A stretch of 64,000 nucleotides of DNA from Octopus vulgaris (Eukaryota), in assembly GCA_951406725.2 (NCBI GenBank), contig OX597837.1, positions 44,144,001 through 44,208,000 on the forward strand, written 5' to 3'. Below, piece after piece: positions 1-60,851 of this stretch (position 1 is its first letter; every line of letters starts with the position of its first letter). A model generated the notes under the pieces. That model saw nothing but the letters and a program-made list of their open reading frames with translations, ran no database searches and was not told the origin of the DNA. A program made the position numbers and the translations under genes.

Positions 1-87
1 CCCCCCCTCACACACACACACTTATGCAAACACTTTATTTAGCCCCAGGTCAGTCCTGAGGTAGACCCAATAAAAGTTTTATAAACG

Positions 88-380
88 AGCAACTCGACCC
101 CGGGACTTATTCTTTTGTAAGCCCAGTACTTATTCTATCGGTCTCTTTTGCCGAACCGCTAAGTAACGGGGACATAAACACACCAGCATTGGTTGTCAAG
201 CAATGCTAGGGGGACAAACACAGACATACAAACACACACATGCATATATATATACATATATACGACGGACTTCTTTCAGTTTCCGTCTACCAAATCCACT
301 CACAAGGCTTTGGTCGGCCTGAGGCTATAGTAGAAGACACTTGCCCAAGGTGCCACGCAGTGGGACTGAACCCGGAACCA
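88..380 (-). mobile_element. SINE family A (tRNA-headed, CORE-like, internal TA/TG microsatellite), truncated copy
   Basis: Reverse complement matches the full-length copy at 19142-19530. Confidence 0.85.
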
Positions 381-547
381 TATAAAATACAAAATGGGAC
401 AAGAACGCAAAACATCGGACAACTAGGTGATACAAAAAGGGACGACAAAACATCCAGATAGATGATACAAAAATACAAGGATGGGTCATTCGAAGTTTCC
501 TATCCTCATTCGAGAACTGAATCATCCTAACTATTTTGGCTGATTAA

Positions 548-906
548 TCTCTATATACATAAACGGCAAAATGTCTGTCTGTGTGTGTGTATCCTTTATA
601 CAAATCCACAATTTTTCAGTTAGAGGGCTCGCACTTTCTATGGTCATTCAAAACCATCCAAGGGTGGTTGTACACATCTTTACATTTCCCCAGTCACCCC
701 GCAAAGCCATTAAATAATCAATAGAAGTGACTTTTTTGTGAATTTTGTATCCAAAACCCAATCAAAATGCCCGAAATTTGATACGCCAGCTGTATGTGAT
801 TGGTCGGAGATTTGGACAGTACTCGCGTGTATGTGCGCACACACGCACGCAGCTCTATATGCATGCACTAGCACTATGACCTGGTGTTGCTGGGTCATCG
901 TGCTAG
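548..906 (+). mobile_element. Non-autonomous Helitron, family 1
   Basis: Starts TC after A, ends CTAG before T, subterminal hairpin gacctggtgttgctgggtc; second copy at 33058-33419. Confidence 0.8.
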
Positions 907-910
907 TATA

Positions 911-1250
911 TCATCATCATCACTTAGCGTCCGTTTTCCATGCTAGCATGGGTTGGACGGTTCAACTGAGGTCTGGGAAGCCAGAAGGCTGCACCAGGCC
1001 CAGTCTGATCTGGCAATGTTTCTACGGCTGGATGCCCTTCCTAACGCCAACCACTCCATGAGTGTAGTGGGTGCTTTTTACGTGCCACCGGCACAGGTGC
1101 CAGATGGGGCTGGCAAACGGCCACGGTCGGATGGTGCCCTTAAACATTCCACCGGCACGGGGGCCAGTCGGGGTGGCACTGGCAATGGCCACGATTGGAT
1201 GGTTCGCTTATGTGTCACCGGCACTGTATCACAGCTGCAATTTCCATTGA
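911..1250 (-). mobile_element. SINE-like repeat family C (ggttggcgttaggaagggcatccag...ccatgctagcatgg...(gat)n tail)
   Basis: Many copies in the window, e.g. near 6380, 21320, 21460, 27180, 38070, 49965, 51125. Confidence 0.8.
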
Positions 1251-1251
1251 T

Positions 1252-1561
1252 AACAATAATAATAATAATAATTGTGTACAGTGCTCAGGTGCACTACAAC
1301 TCATCTAAAGTGTATATATAATCAGGTGTAGTTTCGGCGGATTTCGGAAAGCATGAGGGCCTTAAAAGATGCAGTGTCATGGCAGTCAACAACTGACGCA
1401 GGCAGTTTATTCCATGCTTCAGCAACTCTGAGCGTGAAAAAATGTTTCCGAAAGTCATGGGAGCTGTGCTGTTTTCTGACTTTGTAGGCATGTCCACGTG
1501 TGTTGGACACATGGAGATCAAAAAGGTGTTCAGTGTTGTTGTTGGTGAGGTGGTTGATGTA
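1252..1561 (-). mobile_element. CR1-type LINE 3' fragment
   Basis: Translation TRGHAYK...RKHFFTLRVAEAWNKLPASVV...SFK is the typical CR1-group ORF2 C-terminus, followed by an (ATT)n tail. Confidence 0.85.
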
Positions 1562-1629
1562 TATATATATATAAACACACTCGTGCCAGTGGCACATAAT
1601 AAGCACCCCTTCTGGTGCCATGTATAAAG

Positions 1630-2027
1630 CATTTACTCTTTTACTCGTTTCAGTCATTTGACTGTGGCCATGCTGGAGCACCGCCTTTAGTCGAGCAACT
1701 CGACCCCGGGACTTATTCTTTAGTAAGCCCAGTACTTATTCTATCGGTCTCTTTTCCCGAACCACTAAGTGACGGGGACATGAACACACCAGCATCGGTT
1801 GTCAAGCAATGTAGGGGACAAACACAGATACACAATCACACACCCACATATATATATATATACATATATACGACAGGCTTCTTTCAGTTTCCGTCTACCA
1901 AATCCACTCAGAAGGCTTTGGTCGGCCCGAGGATATAGTAGAAGACACTTGGCCAAGGTGCCACGCCGTGGGACTGAACCCGGAACCATGTGGTTGGTAG
2001 GCAAGCTACTTACCACACAGCCACTCC
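1630..2027 (-). mobile_element. SINE family A, near full length
   Basis: Matches other family A copies; A/B-box-like head at the right end. Confidence 0.88.
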
Positions 2028-2476
2028 TATATTTTTTTTAAGTGTTAAGCGTTACATTCCAGTCATCTCACTCTGATTTCAAATCAATTGCATTCCTGTT
2101 TGTATGTGGAGCCATCTGTCCAATTATAATCTTCATTTTATTCAAAACTGAAGCATATGGTTCGTTTATCCAATCTAAACGAGCAGACTATCTCTCAACT
2201 TTCTAGCATCATTATCATAATTCTTAATTATTTCGAGTTACTTCTCTAAAGTAAAAAGCAATTTTTTTTTGTTCATTTTTGTTTTATTGTTGTTTTGCTG
2301 TTTTCTTTCTTTTTTTTTTTTCATTTTCTTTTTTCATTAGTCAATCTCATTTTAATTTTTTTCTTTCTGTTATTCATTGCTATTAGGGAAAATATATTCT
2401 AAAAAAAAAAAAAAATGCTGTTACAAGGAGAAAATAAAGACAAAAAAGTGAGGGCTTCTGTTGCTGGCTGCTAGTT

Positions 2477-2490
2477 GTTGCTATGGTAAC
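2477..2490. promoter_or_regulatory. RFX X-box-like motif GTTGCTATGGTAAC
   Basis: 14-bp imperfect palindrome close to the canonical X-box GTTGCCATGGCAAC; function untested. Confidence 0.45.
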
Positions 2491-2876
2491 TGAAGATGCT
2501 TGCTATGGATGGTTTTTTTGTTGTTTTTTTTGCATTATATCAGACCTTGTTTGCATGAAATTTGTGTCATGTTAAATGAAAACAGGTTATAATTAATAAA
2601 CTGAGGAAGCTCAAAAGCATGTGGTTCTCAACTGGGGTCCAAATGCCCCTTGGTGGGGTCCACTTAAGATTTTGTCAAAATCTATTTGCAATTAATTAGT
2701 TCTGCTTCCACAATGCACAAGTTATTTTAACAATTTGTTTTTTATACAATTCCTATTAATATTTAATTATCAGACTGGGCCTGGCGCAGGCTTCTGGCTT
2801 CCCAGACCCCAGTTGAAACGTCCAACCCATGCTAGCATGGAAAACAGACATTAAACGATGATGATGAAATCATATA

Positions 2877-3260
2877 GGGGCAGATGTGGCTGTGTGGTAA
2901 GTAGCTTGCTTATGAACCACATGGTTATGGGTTCAGTCCCACTGCGTGGCACCTTGGGCAAGTGTCTTCTACTATAGCCTCGGGCCGACCAAAGCCTTGT
3001 GAGTGAATTTGGTAGATGGAAACTGAAAGAAGCCCGTCGTATATATGTATATGTGTGTGTGTGTACATGTTTGTGGTTGTCCCCCCAACATCGCTTGACA
3101 ACTAATGCTGGTGTGTTTACGTCCCCGTAACTTAACGGTTTGGCAAAAGAGACCAATAGAATAAGTACTAGGCTTACAAAGAATAAGTCCTGTGGTCGAT
3201 TTGCTCGGCTAATGGCGGTGCTCCAGCATGGCCACAGTCATATGACTGAAACACGTAAGT
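2877..3260 (+). mobile_element. SINE family A, near full length
   Basis: Matches 19142-19530. Confidence 0.88.
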
Positions 3261-3404
3261 AAAAAAAAAAAAAGTAAAAAGTTGCAGACGTGGCTGTGTG
3301 GAAAGATGCTGGCAAAGTCACCAAGTAACTTGCAAGATAAAGATCCTTTGAGAGGGGAAGGGGCATTGGAGGAGGTTACCTTGTGTCAGATGATGAAAGG
3401 TTAA

Positions 3405-3971
3405 TGCGGCAAGCTGGCAGAAATGGTAGAACGCCGGGTGAAATGCTTAGCGGTATTTCGTCTGCCGCTATGTTCTGAGTTCAAATTCTGCCGATTAAAT
3501 AAGTACCAGTTACGCACTGGGGTTGATATAATCGACTTAATCCATTTGTCTGTCCATGTTTGTCCCCTCTGTATTTAGCCCCTTGTGGGTAGTAAAGAAA
3601 TAGTTATTTTGTCTGTCTTTACGTTCTGAGTTCAAATTCCGCCAAGGTCGACTTTGCCTTTCATCCTTTCGGGGTCGATTAAATAAGTACCAGTTACGTA
3701 CTGGGGTTGATATAATCGACTTAATCCGTTTGTCAGTCCTTGTTCGTCCCCTCTGTATTTAGCCCCTTGTGAGTAGTAAAGAAATAGGTATTTTGTCTGT
3801 CTTTACGTTCTGAGTTCAAATTCCGCCGAGGTCGACTTTGCCTTTCATCCTTTCGGGGGTCGATAAATTAAGCACCAGTTATGCACTGGGGTCGATGTAA
3901 TCGACTTAATCCGTTTGTCTGTCCTTGTTTGTCCCCTCTATGTTTAGCCCCTTGTGGGCAATAAAGAAATA
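3405..3971 (+). mobile_element. SINE family B (Meta-domain-like), one head plus three body units
   Basis: Central gcctttcatcctttcggggtcgataaattaagtacc resembles the MetaSINE domain; 17-bp TSD agatgatgaaaggttaa at 3388-3404 and 3972-3988. Confidence 0.85.
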
Positions 3972-4100
3972 AGATGATGAAAGGTTAAAATGTGACAGGC
4001 AGAAACAGGTGTCTTCCTGTAGAGGACGATGATGATGGTGGTGGTAATGGTGCCTATGTTAATTGTTATTAATTACTCTTTGTTTCTTTCTCCCCGTTAG

Positions 4101-29218
<25,118 letters not shown>

Positions 29219-31027
29219 AAAAAAACAAAAAACAAAAATATAAAACATAAAAAGAAACAAAAAACTCGAAACGTGAACCACCTGAATCGGCAACAGACTT
29301 CTTTTTACACACACACACACACACACATACCAACACCCACTCACAAGCTCACCATCATGCACATACACACACACACATACATACTCACCATCATATACAC
29401 ACATATATACATCCACACTAATGCACTCAGACTTTTGCATGCTGTGCTTTTTTTTTTTCTTTAAAAAAAAAACTACACGTGCTGTGGTCATTGAATGGAT
29501 TAGATCTAGAGACAGAGGGCTTTCGTAACGAAATACAAAAAAAAAAAAGGAAAAACAGGAGGGAATACAAAATATATATATATATATATATATAAAAAAA
29601 AAAAAACTTTGACAAGAAACGAAAATAACTTAAATGATCCAAAGAAATGGAATGCGATAAAGAAAAAAAAACAAAAAGAGAAAACAAAAAGCAAAGAAAA
29701 ATAGATCTTCCTTATGTAAAAACTATTTTGGTTCTTATTTTAAACCCTAGATTGATAAATTCCACAATAAAGGACCCTAATGTATTGGGGAACAAAGTCA
29801 CTTTTCTTCACTGTGAAGAAAAAAATCAGAGGGTTCTTTTTTTAAATTTTTTTTTTTTACCGTATTTTCGTATAAATATTTATACATGCATCTGTTCATA
29901 TATGTACTATGTGGGGTAGCTAAAACAGGGGACAACTGATGAAGGGGATGTTCTTGATGTTGTGGGTCTCGTTTCTCTGTTTCTTTCTTTCTTTCGTTGT
30001 TCGAAAAAAATGTTCGTTTTATATGTTCTCATTTTTTTTAATGGCTATGAGGGCCCAGTAGTGTAAAAAAAAGTATGAAAGGGGTCTATAAGGGGGGGGG
30101 GGGCGGCAAAGGGTTTGAACCCCTGTTGTAGAGGAACTAAATGACTCGCATTTTAAAGTGGCGAAGGGATGATGAGGTGGATCTAGAAAAAAGTAGCATT
30201 AATGAAAATATAGGGGTGTGGCTACTACTGTTCTTAATTGCATTACTTGTTAGGGTATACAAAGCAAATATGGGGAAAAAAAAAAAAAACCATGATAAAC
30301 ACAAGATGTTGTTCAACTCATTTGTTCTCTACACCTGTTTCACTATTGTGGCTATTTGCATCCTCTGCGGTGGAAGTTCCAAATGTAGCTGGATGCTGAA
30401 CCACAACAGTTCATCATAATTTACCTGGATCAAATGCATTTGAACACTGATTATCCACCACAGAAGGTGCAAATAACTGCAATAAAGCAATTAAAAAATA
30501 ACTTACTCAAAAACGAAACTCAGGTATTAATTTTGTTTTTATTTTTTTAAATCAATAGATTTTTGTTGTTTTTTTTGTTTTGTTTTACCGAGTCAACTTC
30601 GAGGGTGTGGGCCAAAGAAAAAACTTTTAAAAAATTAAATCTTGGTGAGTTCCCTTTTTTTTTGCCTTTATTTACCATTTTGTAAAAAAAAAAATTGACT
30701 TATCTTTCATAACTTTCATTCTCTTTTAAACCGTGATGGAAAACTCTGAAGATATTAAATCTCCTCCTTGTAATTTTAACAATTTTTCTAATTTGTAAAT
30801 ATTCTGCAACACACAAATACACTAAAGAAGGTTGGTGATAGAACATTGAGGGAAGAAACCAAGGTGGACTTGGCTTCCCTGTGAGAGATTAGCTGTATTT
30901 TACTTGCAGTCTTTTTTTGTTTGGTTATGTTTTTAAATTTCTTTTTTTTAAAGCACAAACATGAAGTAGCTGGTGATATGAAGAAACAGGAAGGAAGAGC
31001 AAGAACTCTTCTGCAGATGTTTTTCTG

Positions 31028-31308
31028 AAAGGGGTTTTGAACCCTAAGAAAGTATATGGAGAAAGATTCAAGGGCTCATGAAGCCCCTTTTATCTCCTTC
31101 ATTTTTTTCTCTGCAAACTCCTTCATATTGGAGAAAGGGCTTTTGAAGCCTAAAAAAGTATATGGAGAAAGATTCAAGGGTTCACGAAGCCCCTTTTATC
31201 TTCATTTTTTTCTCTGCAAACTCCTTCATATTGGAGAAAGATTCAAGGGCTCATGAAGCCCCTTTTATCTTCATTTTTTTCTATGCAAATTCCTTCATAT
31301 TGGAGAAG
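31028..31308. repeat. Local tandem triplication between the PASK and NNT stop codons
   Basis: tggagaaagattcaagggYtcaYgaagccccttttatct... occurs near 31056, 31162 and 31232. Confidence 0.85.
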
Positions 31309-31623
31309 GAGAAAAAAAAAAACAATCTCTTTTTCTCGATAGTTTTATATTTATTTAGGAAAAAAAAAGGGGGTCATACAAGTTTAGACACCAAATTGAC
31401 AGAGACAGTGTGTGTGTTTGTTCAATAGTTCAATTCAAGTATTTTACTGCATTCTCTCTTTTTTAGCTCCTAAGTTTCAACAGACCAGAGAAAGTAAGGT
31501 AGATTCGTGCTCTACTCGGCTGTGGTGGCAAACCACAGACAGACACGCATGCATGCATATTCTATGACTCATTACTTAGATATATTTTAATTATAAACAT
31601 CGTTGCTCTAACAGCTACTGCAG

Positions 31624-56269
<24,646 letters not shown>

Positions 56270-56444
56270 CCTGCCAACTTCAAAGATATTTTAGCTGCAA
56301 AGAGAAATAAAAACTAATTAGTAAAAGAAATAAAACATTCCAAAATTCAAACAATTTTGCAGTTATCAAAAGATGAAGAAATCTGAAGAGAAGAATGATA
56401 GACAGAACAGCATCTATCCAATAATAATAATAATAATTATTATT

Positions 56445-56675
56445 ATTATTTCTTTAATACCCACAAGGGGCTAAACACAGAGGGGACAAACAAGGACAGA
56501 CAAACGAATTAAGTCGAATATATCGACCCCAGTGCATAACTGGTACTTAATTTATCGACCCTGAAAGGATGAAAGGCAAAGTCGACCTCGGCTGAATTTG
56601 AACCCAGAATGTAACGGCAGACAAAATACAGCTACGCATTTCACCCGGCGTGCTAATGTTTCTGCCAGCTCGCCC
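56445..56675 (-). mobile_element. SINE family B monomer
   Basis: Head plus one body, ending in an (AAT)n tract. Confidence 0.82.
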
Positions 56676-56843
56676 TTTCTACTAAAGGCCCAAGGCCTGA
56701 AATTTTGGGGTAGGGGACTAGTCAATTACATTGACCCTAGTGTTTCACTGGTGCTCATTTTATCGACAAATTTCACCTGTCGCTATGTTCTAAGATCTAC
56801 AAAATTGGCCGGTCGCAAAATAAGCAATAAGAATAGAACTACC

Positions 56844-57062
56844 TATTTCTTTACTACCCACAAGAGGCTAAACACGGAAGGGACAAAGGGATTAAGTCGA
56901 TTACATCGACCCCAGTGCGTAAGTGGTACTTATTTAATTGACCCCGAGAGGATGAAAGGCAAAGTTGACCTCAGCGGAATTTGAACTCAGAACGTAGCGC
57001 CAGACGAAATACCACTAAGCATTTCTCCCGGCATGCTAACCTTTCTGCTAACTCACCGCCTT
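56844..57062 (-). mobile_element. SINE family B monomer
   Basis: TSD gaatagaactacc at 56831-56843 and 57063-57075. Confidence 0.87.
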
Positions 57063-57078
57063 GAATAGAACTACCAAC

Positions 57079-57120
<42 letters not shown>

Positions 57121-57511
57121 TGCTCTGATGAAGTACCAGGCACTGGCTGTCAAAGCTTCTGATCTTAACTGATTGGCCGTGCTATCATGTACATGTTTTG
57201 TTTTATAAAAAAAAAAAAAAAAGGGCTGCAGCAAATATTCTGCTCAATACCACAGATTTGCTTGTCAGTTGTTTGACCTTAACCAGTTGACCATATCCCT
57301 TAAGGGCTGATGAAGTGTGCATTTCTGATCACAAACAGAAGTAGTAAGGGGAGCATCATAGCCATGTGTTGAGTTCTTTGAGGTTTGAACCATCAACCTC
57401 TAGAAAAATAGGTGTTTTGTTCATCATCCTTAAACAACCCATATTCAGGAACCTTTTGAGTGGGATGGGCCACTTAACCTGAAGAAAGTTCTAACTGGAC
57501 TTCACCTGCAA

Positions 57512-57686
57512 GGTACAAATATACAAAGCCCAATATACCCTTCATGACTATCCATCTGGTAAGGGTACACTGTTTATCTTGATATAAGATCACCATGTCA
57601 GGAATATGGTTGTGATGCATGTGCTTGGTGTACCCTTATCAGATGGATAGTCATGATGGGTATATTGGGATTTGTATATTTGTACC
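57512..57686. repeat. Inverted repeat with arms of about 59 bp and a spacer of about 57 nt
   Basis: ggtacaaatatacaaagcccaatataccc...gggtacac versus gtgtaccctt...gggtatattgggatttgtatatttgtacc. Confidence 0.85.
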
Positions 57687-58938
57687 CCAGTGTCACTTTG
57701 ATAGCATGTACTGCTCTCACACTCAATAATGGTTTAAAATTTTGGCACAAAGCCAGCAATTCTAAAAGGGGGTCTAAGTCAGTAATCGACCCCAGTGCTT
57801 GAATGGTAATCCATTTTATTGATCCTGGTGAGATGAAAGGCAAAGTTGACTGAAGCGGAAATTGAATTCAGAACATGATAAGCTGGAAGAAATACAGTTG
57901 TGCGTTTCGTCTGACGCTGTAAGAATTCTGCCAATTTGCTGCCTTATTCTTTCATATTTTGGCACAGCATCAGCAAATCTGAAGAGAGGGGTTTAGTTAA
58001 TACCATTGATGTCAGCACTTGATTGATGCTGTCTGTTAAAGGAGGGCACAAGCACTTTCACACACACAACAGAAACTTCCTCCAACCAAATTCAATTACA
58101 AGGCTTTGCTCAACCTGAGGCTATAGCTATAGCAGAAGACACGTGCCCAAGGTGACACAGGGTTGGACTGAACCCAAAACCATGTGGTTGAACAGCAAGC
58201 TTCTTATCCACACAGCCATATAAACCCTGAAAGGATTAAAGGCAAAGTTGACCTTACTAGGATTTGAACTCAGAACATAAAGAGCAAGAACAAAGACCAC
58301 TAAGCATTCTATCCAATGCACTAATTAATGATATGCACATGGCTTAGTGGCTGCGGTATTCGGCTCATGGCCGTAAGGTCTTTAGTTCAATTCCTGGTGG
58401 TGTGTTGAGTCCTTAAAAAAGACACTTTATTTCCCGTTGCTCCACTCCACTCAGCTGGCAACAATGAGCTGTGCCTGTATTAGTGACAAGGCAGTCAATT
58501 AACAGAGTCGTTAGCATGTCAAATAGATTGCTCTGGGGTAATTCTTCCAGCACTTTATACACGGAGTTCAAATCTCACCAAGATTTTCTCCCACTTTCTC
58601 TTTGCATCTGTCTGTCTTTCTGGAAGGAATTCGCTGTGATCAGACTTGGAGAGAGATAAGTCAAGACATACCTCATATCAATCACAATGATACGATTCCA
58701 TCAAAGAGAAGTGGTCATGAGAAATTGTTTTTTTTTATTTTTTGAAAGTGTTAGCAACACAAGTTTTGCAGTTTCAATTTCTAGTTACATCAACATCATC
58801 ATCGTTTAACATCCATTTTCCATGCTAGCCAGCCAGATTCCAGATTCTTTTTTGGTAGGGTTTCTACAGCTGGATGCCCTTCCTAATGCCGACCACTTTA
58901 CAGAATGTAGTGGGTGATTTTCATGTGGCACTGGTACT

Positions 58939-59390
58939 GGAGCACTCCGTCGGTTACGACAACGAGGGTCCCAGCTGATATGATCAACAGAACAGCTTGC
59001 TCATGAAATTAACGTGCAAGTGGCCGAGTACTCCACAGACATGCGTACCCTTAACATAGTTCTCAAGGCACTCCATTGGTTATGATGATGAGGGTTCCAG
59101 TTGATCCGATCAATGGAACAGCCTGCTCATCAAATTAACGTGCAAGTGGCTGAGTACTCCTCAGAGTGATGTACCCCTAACGTATTTCTCAGGGAGACTC
59201 ATCGTGACACAGAGTGTGACAAGGCTGGCCCTTTGAAATACAGGTACAATTTATTTTTGCCAGTTGAGTGGAATGGAGCAACATGAAATAAAGTGTCTTG
59301 CTCAAGGACACAACACGTCGCCGGGAATTGAACTCACAACTTTACAATTGTGAGCCAAATGCCTTAACCACTAAGCCAAGCGCCTTCACC
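58939..59390 (-). mobile_element. SINE family E (tRNA head, CORE-like ccttgagcaagacac) with a duplicated 3' tail
   Basis: Related pieces near 9090, 21710, 43490 and 58332. Confidence 0.8.
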
Positions 59391-60421
59391 GGCACTAGTG
59401 AGATCAAGTACCTGGCAACACCATAGTGAGGCAGGTGGGTAGTGTTGAGAAAGGTGGCTTTATGCTAGGTGATGAGGCTGAAGGCACAGACAGGTGTCTT
59501 GCAGTAGGGGACATACATGGTTACCCCAGTTGAAGACGTGTAGTGGTAATAGAAAAGTAAAACCCAAATAAAACAAGGACCTGAGACCGGGCCGCGGAGG
59601 TTGGGGCCAACTTGCTGGGAGCTCAACTCTCGGGTCATGCGTTGACCTCTGCAATAACAGCAGAGGCGTCAATACCGAATTAGCGAACTAAAGAATGGAC
59701 CTCTACGTGGTCGATCGACCTGCTAGAAATAACAAACAAACCTCCCTCAAACTACATATAACAGGATTAAAAAAAAAAAAAAGTGCTAGACATAAAATAT
59801 TCGAATGAAATTGGAAAATTCTTTATTGATTTATTTTTATATATGTGAGTGTTCGGCAATCTCGAGCAGATGAAAGGCAATGCGAAAAGTGTGTGTGAGT
59901 GTGTGTGTGTCGCAATCACCAGCGCATGTAAGACATTACTGAAAACAAGGTATAAAAAAGTTAATTAATTAATTAATTAATTAATTTAATTTCCATAAAC
60001 TGCCGAGAACGTCGAGAAATCAGCTGGCAACATTTTGACAGTTGGCCACGCTTAGAAAGCTTGCCGGAGTTTGGGATGATTAACGACTGTATTAGGCGTT
60101 GTTTGATCAATAGACCTTGCTCTATCGCGGCTGACCTTGTGTTAAACAACAACAACAAAAGACGATAATTGCAATTGTCGGAATGTTCTTTGAGCACAGG
60201 TGTGATCAAGATGTTAGAACAAACACAGGCTAACCAGTGTGAAGAGAAAGTAATTAGGAAAATACCATTGGAGTGTGATTTATGAATGATTGAAATATAA
60301 AGAAGACTCCTACATCAATTAGACACACATTGTGACCCATAGAAAGCGAGAAATCAACAGATAACACGCACATACTGAGAAAAATAGCATGTGTGTGTGT
60401 GTGTACGTGTACAGAGAGACA

Positions 60422-60851
60422 GGTACTACTTACGATGAGTGGTCCCGGTGCGCGCACTCGCTAGTCGCGACTAGTCGAGACTTACTTTGTGCTTTTGTGT
60501 TTTATTTACTTTGCTAGGTACTCGTCCTTGTAGGATCGACTAGTCACGACTAGCTAGTGCGGATGCGCGGGTACGCGAGTGTGCGCACCGGAACCACTCT
60601 TCTTAAGTAGGGTACTACTAGCGAACAGTGAACCCGGTGCGCGCATCCGCACTAGCTAGTCGTAAGTAGTCGATCCTACAACGACTACGTAGCAAAGTAA
60701 ATAAAACACAAATAATTTTTTTTACACAAAGTAAATAATTTTTTAAACAAAGTAAAAAACACAAAGTATGGACCGACTAGTCACGACTAGCTAGCGCGGA
60801 TGCCCGAGTACGCGAGTGCGCGCACCGGGACCACTTTTCTTAAGTAGCACC
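60422..60851. mobile_element. CpG-rich fold-back MITE dimer, MULE-like
   Basis: TIR ggtactactta...taagtagcacc; 10-bp direct repeat cagagagaca at 60412-60421 and 60852-60861. Confidence 0.8.

Noticed and set aside
29928-29960. ggacaaCTGATGAagggg hammerhead start
   Set aside because: No matching stem II 3' strand or GAAA follows.
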